Assembly: GCA_964016885.1 (NCBI GenBank)
Contig: OZ024742.1
Coordinates: 284,828,001-284,892,000 of the forward strand
Reading direction: 5' to 3'
From: Eledone cirrhosa
Lineage: Eukaryota
DNA: 64,000 bases
Shown here: positions 36,108 to 55,000 of the stretch, piece by piece
Layout of the letters: each line of letters begins with the position of its first letter
How positions within the stretch are numbered: the first letter of the stretch is position 1
Position numbers and translations under genes: made by a program
The notes under the pieces: model-generated
What the model saw: only the letters and a program-made list of their open reading frames with translations
What the model was told of the DNA's origin: nothing
The model's database searches: none

Positions 36108-39100
36108 CACCGCCATTACTACAAACCCCACCACCACTATTATTACAACACCACCACCACCATTACCACAAACACCACCACCACCATTACTACAAACACC
36201 CCCACTACCATTACCACAAACACCACCACCACCATTACTACAAACACCACCACCGCCATTACTACAAACACCACCATCGCCATTACTACAAACACCCCCA
36301 CCACCATTACCACAAACACCACCACCTCCAATACTACAAACACCACCACCGCCATTACTACAAACACCACCACCACCATTACTACAAACACCACCACCGC
36401 CATTACTACAAACACCACAACCTCCATTACTACAAACACCACCACCGCCATTACTACAAACACCGCCACCTCCAATACTACAAACACCACCACCGCCATT
36501 ACTACAAACACCACCACCACCATTACTACAAACACCACCACCGCCATTACCACAAACACCACCACTGCCATTACTACAAACACCACCACTGCCATTACTA
36601 CAAACACCACCACCTCCATTACTACAAACACCACCACCGCCATTACTACGAACACCACCCCCACCATTACTACAAACACCACCACTGCCATTACTACAAA
36701 CACCACCACCTCCATTACTACAAACACCACCACCGCCATTACCACAAACACCACCACTGCCATTACTACAAACACCACCACTGCCATTACTACAAACACC
36801 ACCACCGCCATTACCACAAACACCACCACCACCATTACTACAAACACCACCACCACCATTACTACAAACACCACCACCACCATTACCACAAACACCACCA
36901 CCACCATTACTACAAACACCACCACTGCCATTACTACAAACACCACCGCTGCCATTACTACAAACACCACCACCTCCATTACTACAAACACCACCACTGC
37001 CATTACTACAAACACCCCCACCACCATTACCACAAACACCACCACCACCATTACCACAAACACCACCACCACCATTACTACAAACACCACCACCACCATT
37101 ACTACAAACACCACCACCACCATTACCACAAACACCACCACCACCATTACTACAAACACCACCACTGCCATTACTACAAACACCACCGCTGCCATTACTA
37201 CATACACCACCACCTCCATTACTACAAACACCCCCACCACCATTACCACAAACACCACCACCACCATTACCACAAACAACACCACCACCATTACCAAAAA
37301 CACCACCACCACCATTACTACAAACACCACCACCTCCATTACTACAAACACCACCACTGCCATTACTACAAACACCACCACCTCCATTACTACAAACACC
37401 ACCACCGCCATTACTACAAATACCCCCACCACCATTACCACAAACACCACCACCACCATTACCACAAACACCACCACCACCATTACTACAAACACCACCA
37501 CCACCATTACTACAAACACCACCACCACCATTACTACAAACACCACCACTGCCATGACTACAAACACCACCACCTCCATTACTACAAACACCACCACCGC
37601 CATTACTACAAACACCCCCACCACCATTACCACAAACACCACCACCACCATTACCACAAACACCACCACCACCATTACTACAAACACCACCACCACCATT
37701 ACTACAAACACCACCACCACCATTACTACAATCACCACCACTGCCATTACTACAAACACCACCACTGCCATTACTACAAACACCACCACCACCATTACTA
37801 CAAACACCACCACTGCCATTACTACAAACACCACCACCACCATTACCACAAACACCACCACCACCATTACCACAAACACCACCACCACCATTACTACAAA
37901 CACCACTACCACCATTACTACACACACCACCACCACCATTACCACAAACACCACCACCACCATTACTACAAACAATCCCACCACCATTACCACAAACACC
38001 ACCACCACCATTACTACAAACACCACCACCACCATTACCACAAACCCCACCACCACCATTACTACAAACCCCACCACCACCATTACCACAAACCCTCCAC
38101 CACCATTACTACAAATACCAACACCACCATTACTAGAAACACCACCACCACCATTACTACAAACACCACCACCACCATTACTACAAACACCACCACCACC
38201 ATTACCACAAACACCACCACCACCATTACTACAAACACCACCACCACCATTACTACAAACACCACCACCACCATTACTACAAACACCACCACCACCATTA
38301 CTACAAACACCACCACCACCATTACCACAAACACCACCACCACCATTACCACAAACACCACCACCACCATTACTACAAACACCACCACCACCATTACTAC
38401 AAACAGCACCACCTCCATTACTACAAACACCAACACCACCATTACCACAAACCCCACCACCACCATTACCACAAACACGACCACCACCATTACTACAAAC
38501 ACCACCACCACCATTACTACAAACACCACCACCACCATTACTACAAACACCACCACCACCATTACTACAAACACCACCACCTCCATTACTACAAACACCA
38601 CCACCACCATTACCCCAAACCCCACCACCACCATTACCACAAACACCACCACCACCATTACTACAAACACCACCACCACCATTACTACAAACACCACCAC
38701 CACCATTACTACAAACACCACCACCACCATTACCACAAACACCACCACCACCATTACTACAAACACCACCACCACCATTACTACAAACACCACCACCACC
38801 ATTACTACAAACACCACCACCACCATTACCACAAACACCACCACCACCATTACCACAAACACCACCACCGCCATTACTACAAACACCACCACCGCCATTA
38901 CTACAAACACCACCACCGCCATTACCACAAACACCACCACCACCATTACCACAAACCCCCACCACAACCATTACTACAAACACCACCACCGCCATTTCTA
39001 CAAACACCCCCACCACCATTACCACGAACACCACCACCACTATTACCACAAACACCCCCACCACCATTACTACAAACCCCACCACCACCATTACCACAAA

Positions 39101-40039
39101 CCCCACCACCACCATTACTACAAACACCACCACCACCACCATTACTACAAACACCACCACCACCATTACCACAAACCCCACCACCACCATTACTACAAAC
39201 ACCACCACCACCATTACTACAAACACGACCACCACCACCATTACCACAAACACCACCACCACCATTACTACAAACACCACCACCACCATTACCACAGACC
39301 CCACCACCACCATTACTACAAACACCACCACCACCATTACTACAAACACCACCACCACCATTACTACAAACACCACCACCTCCATTACTACAAACACCAC
39401 CACCACCAATACCACAAACCCCACCACCAACATTACCACAAACACCACCACCACCATTACTACAAACACCACCACCACCATTACTACAAACACCACCACC
39501 ACCATTACTACAAACACCACCACCGCCATTACTACAAACACCACCACCGCCATTACTACAAACACCCCCACCACCATTACTACAAACACCACCACCGCCA
39601 TTACTACAAACACCACCACCGCCATTACTACAAACACCACCACCGCCATTACTACAAACACCCCCACCGCCATTACTACAAACACCACCACCGCCATTAC
39701 TACAAACACCCCCACCACCATTACCACAAACACTACCACCACCATTACTACAAACACCACCACCGCCATTACTACAAATACCACCACCACCATTACCACA
39801 AACACCACCACCACCATTACCACAAACACCACCACCACCATTACCACAAACACCACCACCACCATTACTACAAACACCACCACCTCCATTACTACAAACA
39901 CCCCCACCACCATTACCACAAACACCACCACCACCATTACTACAAACACCTCCACCACCATTACTACAAACACCACCACCGCCATTACTACAAACACCCC
40001 CACCACCATTACCACAAACACCACCACCGCCATTACTAC

Positions 40040-43000
40040 AAACTCCACCACCACTATTATTACAACACCACCACCACCATTACTACAAACACCACCATCG
40101 CCATTACTACAAACACCCCCACCACCATTACCACAAACACCACCACCACCATTACTACAAACACCACCACCACCATTACCACAAACACGACCACCACCAT
40201 TACTACAAACACCACCACTGCCATTACTACAAACACTACAACCTCCATTACTACAAACACCACCACCGCCATTACTACAAACACCACCACCTCCAATACT
40301 ACAAACACCACCACCGCCATTACTACAAACACCACCACCTCCATTACTACAAACACCACCACCACCATTACTACAAACACCACCACCACCATTACTACAA
40401 ACACCACCACCGCCATTACCACAAACACCACCACTGCCATTACTACAAACACCACCACAACCATTACTACAAACACCACCACCTCCATTACTACAAACAC
40501 CACCACCGCCATTACTACGAACACCACCCCCACCATTGCTACAAACACCACCACTGCCATTACTACAAACACCACCACCTCCATTACTACAAACACCACC
40601 ACCGCCATTACCACAAACACCACCACTGCCATTACTACAAACACCACCACTGCCATTACTACAAACACCACCACCGCCATTACCACAAACACCACCACCA
40701 CCATTACTACAAACACCACCACCACCATTACTACAAACACCACCACCACCATTACCACAAACACCACCACCACCATTACTACAAACACCACCACTGCCAT
40801 TACTACAAACACCACCGCTGCCATTACTACAAACACCACCACCTCCATTACTACAAACACCACCACTGCCATTACTACAAACACCCCCACCACCATTACC
40901 ACAAACACCACCACCACCATTACCACAAACACCACCACCACCATTACTACAAACACCACCACCACCATTACTACAAACACCACCACCACCATTACCACAA
41001 ACACCACCACCACCATTACTACAAACACCACCACTGCCATTACTACAAACACCACCGCTGCCATTACTACATACACCACCACCTCCATTACTACAAACAC
41101 CCCCACCACCATTACCACAAACACCACCACCACCATTACCACAAACACCACCACCACCATTACCAAAAACACCACCACCACCATTACTACAAACACCACC
41201 ACCTCCATTACTACAAACACCACCACTGCCATTACTACAAACACCACCACCTCCATTACTACAAACACCACCACCGCCATTACTACAAACACCCCCACCA
41301 CCATTACCACAAACACCACCACCACCATTACCACAAACACCACCACCACCATTACTACAAACACCACCACCACCATTACTACAAACACCACCACCACCAT
41401 TACTACAAACACCACCACTGCCATTACTACAAACACCACCACCTCCATTACTACAAACACCACCACCGCCATTACTACAAACACCCCCACCACCATTACC
41501 ACAAACACCACCACCACCATTACCACAAACACCACCACCACCATTACTACAAACACCACCACCACCATTACTACAAACACCACCACCACCATTACTACAA
41601 TCACCACCACTGCCATTACTACAAACACCACCACTGCCATTACTACAAACACCACCACCACCATTACTACAAACACCACCACTGCCATTACTACAAACAC
41701 CACCACCACCATTACCACAAACACCACCACCACCATTACCACAAACACCACCACCACCATTACTACAAACACCACTACCACCATTACTACACACACCACC
41801 ACCACCATTACCACAAACACCACCACCACCATTACTACAAACAATCCCACCACCATTACCACAAACACCACCACCACCATTACTACAAACACCACCACCA
41901 CCATTACTACAAACCCCACCACCACCATTACCACAAACCCTCCACCACCATTACTACAAATACCACCACCACCATTACTAGAAACACCACCACCACCATT
42001 ACTACAAACACCACCACCACCATTACTACAAACACCACCACCACCATTACCACAAACAGCACCACCTCCATTACTACAAACACCAACACCACCATTACCA
42101 CAAACCCCACCACCACCATTACCACAAACACGACCACCACCATTACTACAAACACCACCACCACCATTACTACAAACACCACCACCACAATTACTACAAA
42201 CACCACCACCACCATTACTACAAACACCACCACCTCCATTACTACAAACACCACCACCAGCATTACCCCAAACCCCACCACCACCATTACCACAAACACC
42301 ACCACCACCATTACTACAAACACCACCACCACCATTACTACAAACACCACCACCACCATTACTACAAACACCACCACCACCATTACCACAAACACCACCA
42401 CCACCGTTACTACAAACACCACCACCACCATTACTACAAACACCACCACCACCATTACCACAAACACCACCACCACCATTACTACAAACACCACCACCAC
42501 CATTACTACAAACACCACCACCACCATTACTACAAACACCACCACCACCATTACCACAAACACCACCACCACCATTACCACAAACACCACCACCGCCATT
42601 ATTACAAACACCACCACCGCCATTACTACAAACACCACCACCGCCATTACCACAAACACCACCACCACCATTACCAAAAACCCCCACCACAACCATTACT
42701 ACAAACACCACCACCGCCATTACTACAAACACCCCCACCACCATTACTACAAACACCACCACCGCCATTACTACAAACACCACCACCGCCATTACCACAA
42801 ACACCACCACCACCATTACCACAAACCCCACCACCACCATTACTACAAACACCACCACCACCACCATTACTACAAACACCACCACCACCATTACCACAAA
42901 CCCCACCACCACCATTACTACAAACACCACCACCACCATTACTACAAACACGACCACCACCACCATTACCACAAACACCACCACCACCATTACTACAAAC

Positions 43001-46000
43001 ACCACCACCACCATTACCACAGACCCCACCACCACCATTACTACAAACACCACCACCACCATTACTACAAACACCACCACCACCATTACTACAAACACCA
43101 CCACCTCCATTACTACAAACACCACCACCACCAATACCACAAACCCCACCACCACCATTACCACAAACACCACCACCACCATTACTACAAACACCACCAC
43201 CACCATTACTACAAACACGACCACCACCATTACTACAAACACCACCACCACCATTACTACAAACACCACCACCACAATTACCACAAACGCCACCACCACA
43301 ATTACTACAAACACCACCACCACCATTACTACAAACACCACCACCACCATTACTACAAACACCACCACCACCATTACCACAAACACCACCACCACCATTA
43401 CTACAAACACCACCACCACCATTACTACAAACACCACCACCACCATTACTACAAACACCACCACCACCATTACTACAAACACCACCACCACCATTACCAC
43501 AAACACCACCACCACCATTACCACAAACACCACCACCACCATTACTACAAAAACCACCACCACCATTACTACAAACAGCACCACCTCCATTACTACAAAC
43601 ACCAACACCACCATTACCACAAACCCCACCACCACCATTACCACAAACACGACCACCACCATTACTACAAACACCACCACCACCATTACTACAAACACCA
43701 CCACCACCATTACTACAAACACCACCACCACCATTACTACAAACACCACCACCTCCATTACTACAAACACCACCACCACCATTACCACAAACCCCACCAC
43801 CACCATTACCACAAACACCACCACCACCATTACTACAAACACCACCACCACCATTACCACAAACACCACCATTACTACAAACACCACCACCACCATTACT
43901 ACAAACACCACCACCACCATTACCACAAACACCACCACCACCATTACTACAAACACCACCACCACCATTACTACAAACACCACCACCACCATTACCACAA
44001 ACACCACCACCACCATTACTACAAACACCACCACCGCCATTACTACAAATACCACCACCACCATTACCACAAACACCACCACCACCATTACCACAAACAC
44101 CACCACCACCATTACCACAAACACCACCACCACCATTACTACAAACACCACCACTGCCATTACTACAAACACCCCCACCACCATTACCACAAACACCACC
44201 ACCACCATTACTACAAACAACTCCACCACCATTACTACAAACACCACCACCGCCATTACTACAAACACCCCCACCAACATTACCACAAACACCACCACCG
44301 CCATTACTACAAACCCCACCACCACTATTATTACAACACCACCACCACCATTACCACAAACACCACCACCACCATTACTACAAACACCCCCACTACCATT
44401 ACCACAAACACCACCACCACCATTACTACAAACACCACCACCGCCATTACTACAAACACCACCATCGCCATTACTACAAACACCCCCACCACCATTACCA
44501 CAAACACCACCACCACCATTACTACAAACACCACCACCACCATTACCACAAACACGACCACCACCATTACTACAAACACCACCACTGCCATTACTACAAA
44601 CACCACAACCTCCATTACTACAAACACCACCACCGCCATTACTACAAACACCACCACCTCCAATACTACAAACACCACCACCGCCATTACTACAAACACC
44701 ACCACCACCATTACTACAAACACCACCACCGCCATTACCACAAACACCACCACTGCCATTACTACAAACACCACCACTGCCATTACTACAAACACCACCA
44801 CCTCCATTACTACAAACACCACCACCGCCATTACTACGAACACCACCCCCACCATTACTACAAACACCACCACTGCCATTACTACAAACACCACCACCTC
44901 CATTACTACAAACACCACCACCGCCATTACCACAAACACCACCACTGCCATTACTACAAACACCACCACTGCCATTACTACAAACACCACCACCGCCATT
45001 ACCACAAACACCACCACCACCATTACTACAAACACCACCACCACCATTACTACAAACACCACCACAACCATTACCACAAACACCACCACCACCATTACTA
45101 CAAACACCACCACTGCCATTACTACAAACACCACCGCTGCCATTACTACAAACACCACCACCTCCATTACTACAAACACCACCACCGCCATTACTACAAA
45201 TACCCCCACCACCATTACCACAAACACCACCACCACCATTACCACAAACACCACCACCACCATTACTACAAACACCACCACCACCATTACTACAAACACC
45301 ACCACCACCATTACTACAAACACCACCACTGCCATGACTACAAACACCACCACCTCCATTACTACAAACACCACCACCGCCATTACTACAAACACCCCCA
45401 CCACCATTACCACAAACACCACCACCACCATTACCACAAACACCACCACAACCATTACTACAAACACCACCACTGCCATTTCTACAAACAATCCCACCAC
45501 CATTACCACAAACACCACCACCACCATTACTACAAACACCACCACCACCATTACCACAAACCCCACCACCACCATTACTACAAACCCCACCACCACCATT
45601 ACCACAAACCCTCCACCACCATTACTACAAATACCAACACCACCATTACTAGAAACACCACCACCACCATTACTACAAACACCACCACCACCATTACTAC
45701 AAACACCACCACCACCATTACCACAAACACCACCACCACCATTACTACAAACACCACCACCACCATTACTAAAAACACCACCACCACCATTACTACAAAC
45801 ACCACCACCACCATTACTACAAACACCACCACCACCATTACCACAAACACCACCACCACCATTACCACAAACACCACCACCACCATTACTACAAACACCA
45901 CCACCACCATTACTACAAACAGCACCACCTCCATTACTACAAACACCAACACCACCATTACCACAAACCCCACCACCACCATTACCACAAACACGACCAC

Positions 46001-49000
46001 CACCATTACTACAAACACCACCACCACCATTACTACAAACACCACCACCACCATTACTACAAACACCACCACCACCATTACTACAAACACCACCACCTCC
46101 ATTACTACAAACACCACCACCACCATTACCCCAAACCCCACCACCACCATTACCACAAACACCACCACCACCATTACTACAAACACCACCACCACCATTA
46201 CTACAAACACCACCACCACCATTACTACAAACACCACCACCACCATTACCACAAACACCACCACCACCATTACTACAAACACTACCACCACCATTACTAC
46301 AAACACCACCACCACCATTACCACAAACACCACCACCACCATTACTACAAACACCACCACCACCATTACTACAAACACCACCACCACCATTACTACAAAC
46401 ACCACCACCACCATTACCACAAACACCACCACCACCATTACCACAAACACCACCACCGCCATTACTACAAACACCACCACCGCCATTACTACAAACACCA
46501 CCACCGCCATTACCACAAACACCACCACCACCATTACCACAAACCCCCACCACAACCATTACTACAAACACCACCACCGCCATTTCTACAAACACCCCCA
46601 CCACCATTACCACGAACACCACCACCACCATTACCACAAACACCCCCACCACGATTACTACAAACCCCACCACCACCATTACCACACACCCCACCACCAC
46701 CATTACTACAAACACCACCACCACCACCATTACTACAAACACCACCACCACCATTACCACAAACCCCACCACCACCATTACTACAAACACCACCACCACC
46801 ATTACTACAAACACGACCACCACCACCATTACCACAAACACCACCACCACCATTACTACAAACACCACCACCACCATTACCACAGACCCCACCACCACCA
46901 TTACTACAAACACCACCACCACCATTACTACAAACACCACCACCACCATTACTACAAACACCACCACCTCCATTACTACAAACACCACCACCACCAATAC
47001 CACAAACCCCACCACCAACATTACCACAAACACCACCACCACCATTACTACAAACACCACCACCACCATTACTACAAACACCACCACCACCATTACTACA
47101 AACACCACCACCACCATTACTACAAACACCACCACCACCATTACTACAAACACCACCACCACAATTACCACAAACGCCACCACCACCATTACTACAAACA
47201 CCACCACCACCATTACTACAAACACCACCACCACCATTACTACAAACACCACCACCACCATTACTACAAACACTACCACCACAATTAACACAAACGCCAC
47301 CACCACCATTACTACAAACACCACCACCACCATTACTACAAACACCACCACCACCATTACCACAAACACCACCACCACCATTACTACAAACACCACCACC
47401 ACCATTACTACAAACACCACCACCACCATTACTACAAACACCACCACCACCATTACTACAAACACCACCACCACCATTACCACAAACACCACCACCACCA
47501 TTACCACAAACACCACCACCGCCATTACTACAAAAACCACCACCACCATTACTACAAACAGCACCACCTCCATTACTACAAACACCAACACCACCATTAC
47601 CACAAACCCCACCACCACCATTACCACAAACACGACCACCACCATTACTACAAACACTACCACCACCATTACTACAAACACCACCACCACCATTACTACA
47701 TACACCACCACCACCATTACTACAAACACCACCACCACCATTACTACAAACACCACCACCACCATTACCACAAACACCACCACCACCATTACTACAAACA
47801 CCACCACCGCCATTACTACAAACACCACCACCGCCATTACTACAAACACCACCACCGCCATTACTACAAACACCCCCACCACCATTACTACAAACACCAC
47901 CACCGCCATTACTACAAACACCACCACCGCCATTACTACAAACACCACCACCGCCATTACTACACACACCCCCACCGCCATTACTACAAACACCACCACC
48001 GCCATTACTACAAACACCCCCACCACCATTACCACAAACACTACCACCACCATTACTACAAACACCACCACCGCCATTACTACAAATACCACCACCACCA
48101 TTACCACAAACACCACCACCACCATTACCACAAACACCACCACCACCATTACCACAAACACCACCACCACCATTACTACAAACACCACCACTGCCATTAC
48201 TACAAACACCCCCACCACCATTACCACAAACACCACCACCACCATTACTACAAACACCTCCACCACCATTACTACAAACACCACCACGCCATTACTACAA
48301 ACACCCCCACCACCATTACCACAAACACCACCACCGCCATTACTACAAACTCCACCACCACTATTATTACAACACCACCACCACCATTACTACAAACACC
48401 ACCATCGCCATTACTACAAACACCCCCACCACCATTACCACAAACACCACCACCACCATTACTACAAACACCACCACCACCATTACCACAAACACGACCA
48501 CCACCATTACTACAAACACCACCACTGCCATTACTACAAACACCACAACCTCCATTACTACAAACACCACCACCGCCATTACTACAAACACCACCACCTC
48601 CAATACTACAAACACCACCACCGCCATTACTACAAACACCACCACCTCCATTACTACAAACACCACCACCACCATTACTACAAACACCACCACCACCATT
48701 ACTACAAACACCACCACCGCCATTACCACAAACACCACCACTGCCATTACTACAAACACCACCACAGCCATTACTACAAACACCACCACCTCCATTACTA
48801 CAAACACCACCACCGCCATTACTACGAACACCACCCCCACCATTACTACAAACACCACCACTGTCATTACTACAAACACCACCACCGCCATTACCACAAA
48901 CACCACCACTGCCATTACTACAAACACCACCACTGCCATTACTACAAACACCACCACCGCCATTACCACAAACACCACCACCACCATTACTACAAACACC

Positions 49001-52000
49001 ACCACCACCATTACTACAAACACCACCACCACCATTACCACAAACACCACCACCACCATTACTACAAACACCACCACTGCCATTACTACAAACACCACCG
49101 CTGCCATTACTACAAACACCACCACCTCCATTACTACAAACACCACCACTGCCATTACTACAAACACCCCCACCACCATTACCACAAACACCACCACCAC
49201 CATTACCACAAACACCACCACCACCATTACTACAAACACCACCACCACCATTACTACAAACACCACCACCACCATTACCACAAACACCACCATCACCATT
49301 ACTACAAACACCACCACTGCCATTACTACAAACACCACCGCTGCCATTACTACAAACACCACCACCTCCATTACTACAAACACCACCACCGCCATTACTA
49401 CAAATACCCCCACCACCATTACCACAAACACCACCACCACCATTACCACAAACACCACCACCACCATTACTACAAACACCACCACCACCATTACTACAAA
49501 CACCACCACCACCATTACTACAAACACCACCACTGCCATGACTACAAACACCACCACCTCCATTACTACAAACACCACCACCGCCATTACTACAAACACC
49601 CCCACCACCATTACCACAAACACCACCACCACCATTACCACAAACACCACCACAACCATTACTACAAACACCACCACTGCCATTTCTACAAACAATCCCA
49701 CCACCATTACCACAAACACCACCACCACCATTACTACAAACACCACCACCACCATTACCACAAACCCCACCACCACCATTACTACAAACCCCACCACCAC
49801 CATTACCACAAACCCTCCACCACCATTACTACAAATACCAACACCACCATTACTAGAAACACCACCACCACCATTACTACAAACACCACCACCACCATTA
49901 CTACAAACACCACCACCACCATTACCACAAACACCACCACCACCATTACTACAAACACCACCACCACCATTACTAAAAACACCACCACCACCATTACTAC
50001 AAACACCACCACCACCATTACTACAAACACCACCACCACCATTACCACAAACACCACCACCACCATTACCACAAACACCACCACCACCATTACTACAAAC
50101 ACCACCACCACCATTACTACAAACAGCACCACCTCCATTACTACAAACACCAACACCACCATTACCACAAACCCCACCACCACCATTACCACAAACACGA
50201 CCACCACCATTACTACAAACACCACCACCACCATTACTACAAACACCACCACCACCATTACTACAAACACCACCACCACCATTACTACAAACACCACCAC
50301 CTCCATTACTACAAACACCACCACCACCATTACCCCAAACCCCACCACCACCATTACCACAAACACCACCACCACCATTACTACAAACACCACCACCACC
50401 ATTACTACAAACACCACCACCACCATTACTACAAACACCACCACCACCATTACCACAAACACCACCACCACCATTACTACAAACACTACCACCACCATTA
50501 CTACAAACACCACCACCACCATTACCACAAACACCACCACCACCATTACTACAAACACCACCACCACCATTACTACAAACACCACCACCACCATTACTAC
50601 AAACACCACCACCACCATTACCACAAACACCACCACCACCATTACCACAAACACCACCACCGCCATTACTACAAACACCACCACCGCCATTACTACAAAC
50701 ACCACCACCGCCATTACCACAAACACCACCACCACCATTACCACAAACCCCCACCACAACCATTACTACAAACACCACCACCGCCATTTCTACAAACACC
50801 CCCACCACCATTACCACGAACACCACCACCACCATTACCACAAACACCCCCACCACGATTACTACAAACCCCACCACCACCATTACCACACACCCCACCA
50901 CCACCATTACTACAAACACCACCACCACCACCATTACTACAAACACCACCACCACCATTACCACAAACCCCACCACCACCATTACTACAAACACCACCAC
51001 CACCATTACTACAAACACGACCACCACCACCATTACCACAAACACCACCACCACCATTACTACAAACACCACCACCACCATTACCACAGACCCCACCACC
51101 ACCATTACTACAAACACCACCACCACCATTACTACAAACACCACCACCACCATTACTACAAACACCACCACCTCCATTACTACAAACACCACCACCACCA
51201 ATACCACAAACCCCACCACCAACATTACCACAAACACCACCACCACCATTACTACAAACACCACCACCACCATTACTACAAACACCACCACCACCATTAC
51301 TACAAACACCACCACCACCATTACTACAAACACCACCACCACCATTACTACAAACACCACCACCACAATTACCACAAACGCCACCACCACCATTACTACA
51401 AACACCACCACCACCATTACTACAAACACCACCACCACCATTACTACAAACACCACCACCACCATTACTACAAACACTACCACCACAATTAACACAAACG
51501 CCACCACCACCATTACTACAAACACCACCACCACCATTACTACAAACACCACCACCACCATTACCACAAACACCACCACCACCATTACTACAAACACCAC
51601 CACCACCATTACTACAAACACCACCACCACCATTACTACAAACACCACCACCACCATTACTACAAACACCACCACCACCATTACCACAAACACCACCACC
51701 ACCATTACCACAAACACCACCACCACCATTACTACAAAAACCACCACCACCATTACTACAAACAGCACCACCTCCATTACTACAAACACCAACACCACCA
51801 TTACCACAAACCCCACCACCACCATTACCACAAACACGACCACCACCATTACTACAAACACTACCACCACCATTACTACAAACACCACCACCACCATTAC
51901 TACATACACCACCACCACCATTACTACAAACACCACCACCACCATTACTACAAACACCACCACCACCATTACCACAAACACCACCACCACCATTACTACA

Positions 52001-55000
52001 AACACCACCACCGCCATTACTACAAACACCACCACCGCCAATACTACAAACACCACCACCGCCATTACTACAAACACCCCCACCACCATTACTACAAACA
52101 CCACCACCGCCATTACTACAAACACCACCACCGCCATTACTACAAACACCACCACCGCCATTACTACACACACCCCCACCGCCATTACTACAAACACCAC
52201 CACCGCCATTACTACAAACACCCCCACCACCATTACCACAAACACTACCACCACCATTACTACAAACACCACCACCGCCATTACTACAAATACCACCACC
52301 ACCATTACCACAAACACCACCACCACCATTACCACAAACACCACCACCACCATTACCACAAACACCACCACCACCATTACTACAAACACCACCACTGCCA
52401 TTACTACAAACACCCCCACCACCATTACCACAAACACCACCACCACCATTACTACAAACACCTCCACCACCATTACTACAAACACCACCACGCCATTACT
52501 ACAAACACCCCCACCACCATTACCACAAACACCACCACCACCATTACTACAAACACCACCACCACCATTACCACAAACACGACCACCGCCATTACTACAA
52601 ACTCCACCACCACTATTATTACAACACCACCACCACCATTACTACAAACACCACCATCGCCATTACTACAAACACCCCCACCACCATTACCACAAACACC
52701 ACCACCACCATTACTACAAACACCACCACCACCATTACCACAAACACGACCACCACCATTACTACAAACACCACCACTGCCATTACTACAAACACCACAA
52801 CCTCCATTACTACAAACACCACCACCGCCATTACTACAAACACCACCACCTCCAATACTACAAACACCACCACCGCCATTACTACAAACACCACCACCTC
52901 CATTACTACAAACACCACCACCACCATTACTACAAACACCACCACCACCATTACTACAAACACCACCACCGCCATTACCACAAACACCACCACTGCCATT
53001 ACTACAAACACCACCACAGCCATTACTACAAACACCACCACCTCCATTACTACAAACACCACCACCGCCATTACTACGAACACCACCCCCACCATTACTA
53101 CAAACACCACCACTGTCATTACTACAAACACCACCACCTCCATTACTACAAACACCACCACCGCCATTACCACAAACACCACCACTGCCATTACTACAAA
53201 CACCACCACTGCCATTACTACAAACACCACCACCGCCATTACCACAAACACCACCACCACCATTACTACAAACACCACCACCACCATTACTACAAACACC
53301 ACCACCACCATTACCACAAACACCACCACCACCATTACTACAAACACCACCACTGCCATTACTACAAACACCACCGCTGCCATTACTACAAACACCACCA
53401 CCTCCATTACTACAAACACCACCACTGCCATTACTACAAACACCCCCACCACCATTACCACAAACACCACCACCACCATTACCACAAACACCACCACCAC
53501 CATTACTACAAACACCACCACCACCATTACTACAAACACCACCACCACCATTACCACAAACACCACCACCACCATTACTACAAACACCACCACTGCCATT
53601 ACTACAAACACCACCGCTGCCATTACTACATACACCACCACCTCCATTACTACAAACACCCCCACCACCATTACCACAAACACCACCACCACCATTACCA
53701 CAAACACCACCACCACCATTACCAAAAACACCACCACCACCATTACTACAAACACCACCACCTCCATTACTACAAACACCACCACTGCCATTACTACAAA
53801 CACCACCACCTCCATTACTACAAACACCACCACCGCCATTACTACAAACACCCCCACCACCATTACCACAAACACCACCACCACCATTACCACAAACACC
53901 ACCACCACCATTACTACAAACACCACCACCACCATTACTACAAACACCACCACCACCATTACTACAAACACCACCACTGCCATTACTACAAACACCACCA
54001 CCTCCATTACTACAAACACCACCACCGCCATTACTACAAACACCCCCACCACCATTACCACAAACACCACCACCACCATTACCACAAACACCACCACCAC
54101 CATTACTACAAACACCACCACCACCATTACTACAAACACCACCACCACCATTACTACAATCACCACCACTGCCATTACTACAAACACCACCACTGCCATT
54201 ACTACAAACACCACCACCACCATTACTACAAACACCACCACTGCCATTACTACAAACACCACCACCACCATTACCACAAACACCACCACCACCATTACCA
54301 CAAACACCACCACCACCATTACTACAAACACCACTACCACCATTACTACACACACCACCACCACCATTACCACAAACACCACCACCACCATTACTACAAA
54401 CAATCCCACCACCATTACCACAAACACCACCACCACCATTACTACAAACACCACCACCACCATTACTACAAAACCCACCACCACCATTACCACAAACCCT
54501 CCACCACCATTACTACAAATACCACCACCACCATTACTAGAAACACCACCACCACCATTACTACAAACACCACCACCACCATTACTACAAACACCACCAC
54601 CACCATTACCACAAACAGCACCACCTCCATTACTACAAACACCAACACCACCATTACCACAAACCCCACCACCACCATTACCACAAACACGACCACCACC
54701 ATTACTACAAACACCACCACCACCATTACTACAAACACCACCACCACAATTACTACAAACACCACCACCACCATTACTACAAACACCACCACCTCCATTA
54801 CTACAAACACCACCACCACCATTACCCCAAACCCCACCACCACCATTACCACAAACACCACCACCACCATTACTACAAACACCACCACCACCATTACTAC
54901 AAACACCACCACCACCATTACTACAAACACCACCACCACCATTACCACAAACACCACCACCACCGTTACTACAAACACCACCACCACCATTACTACAAAC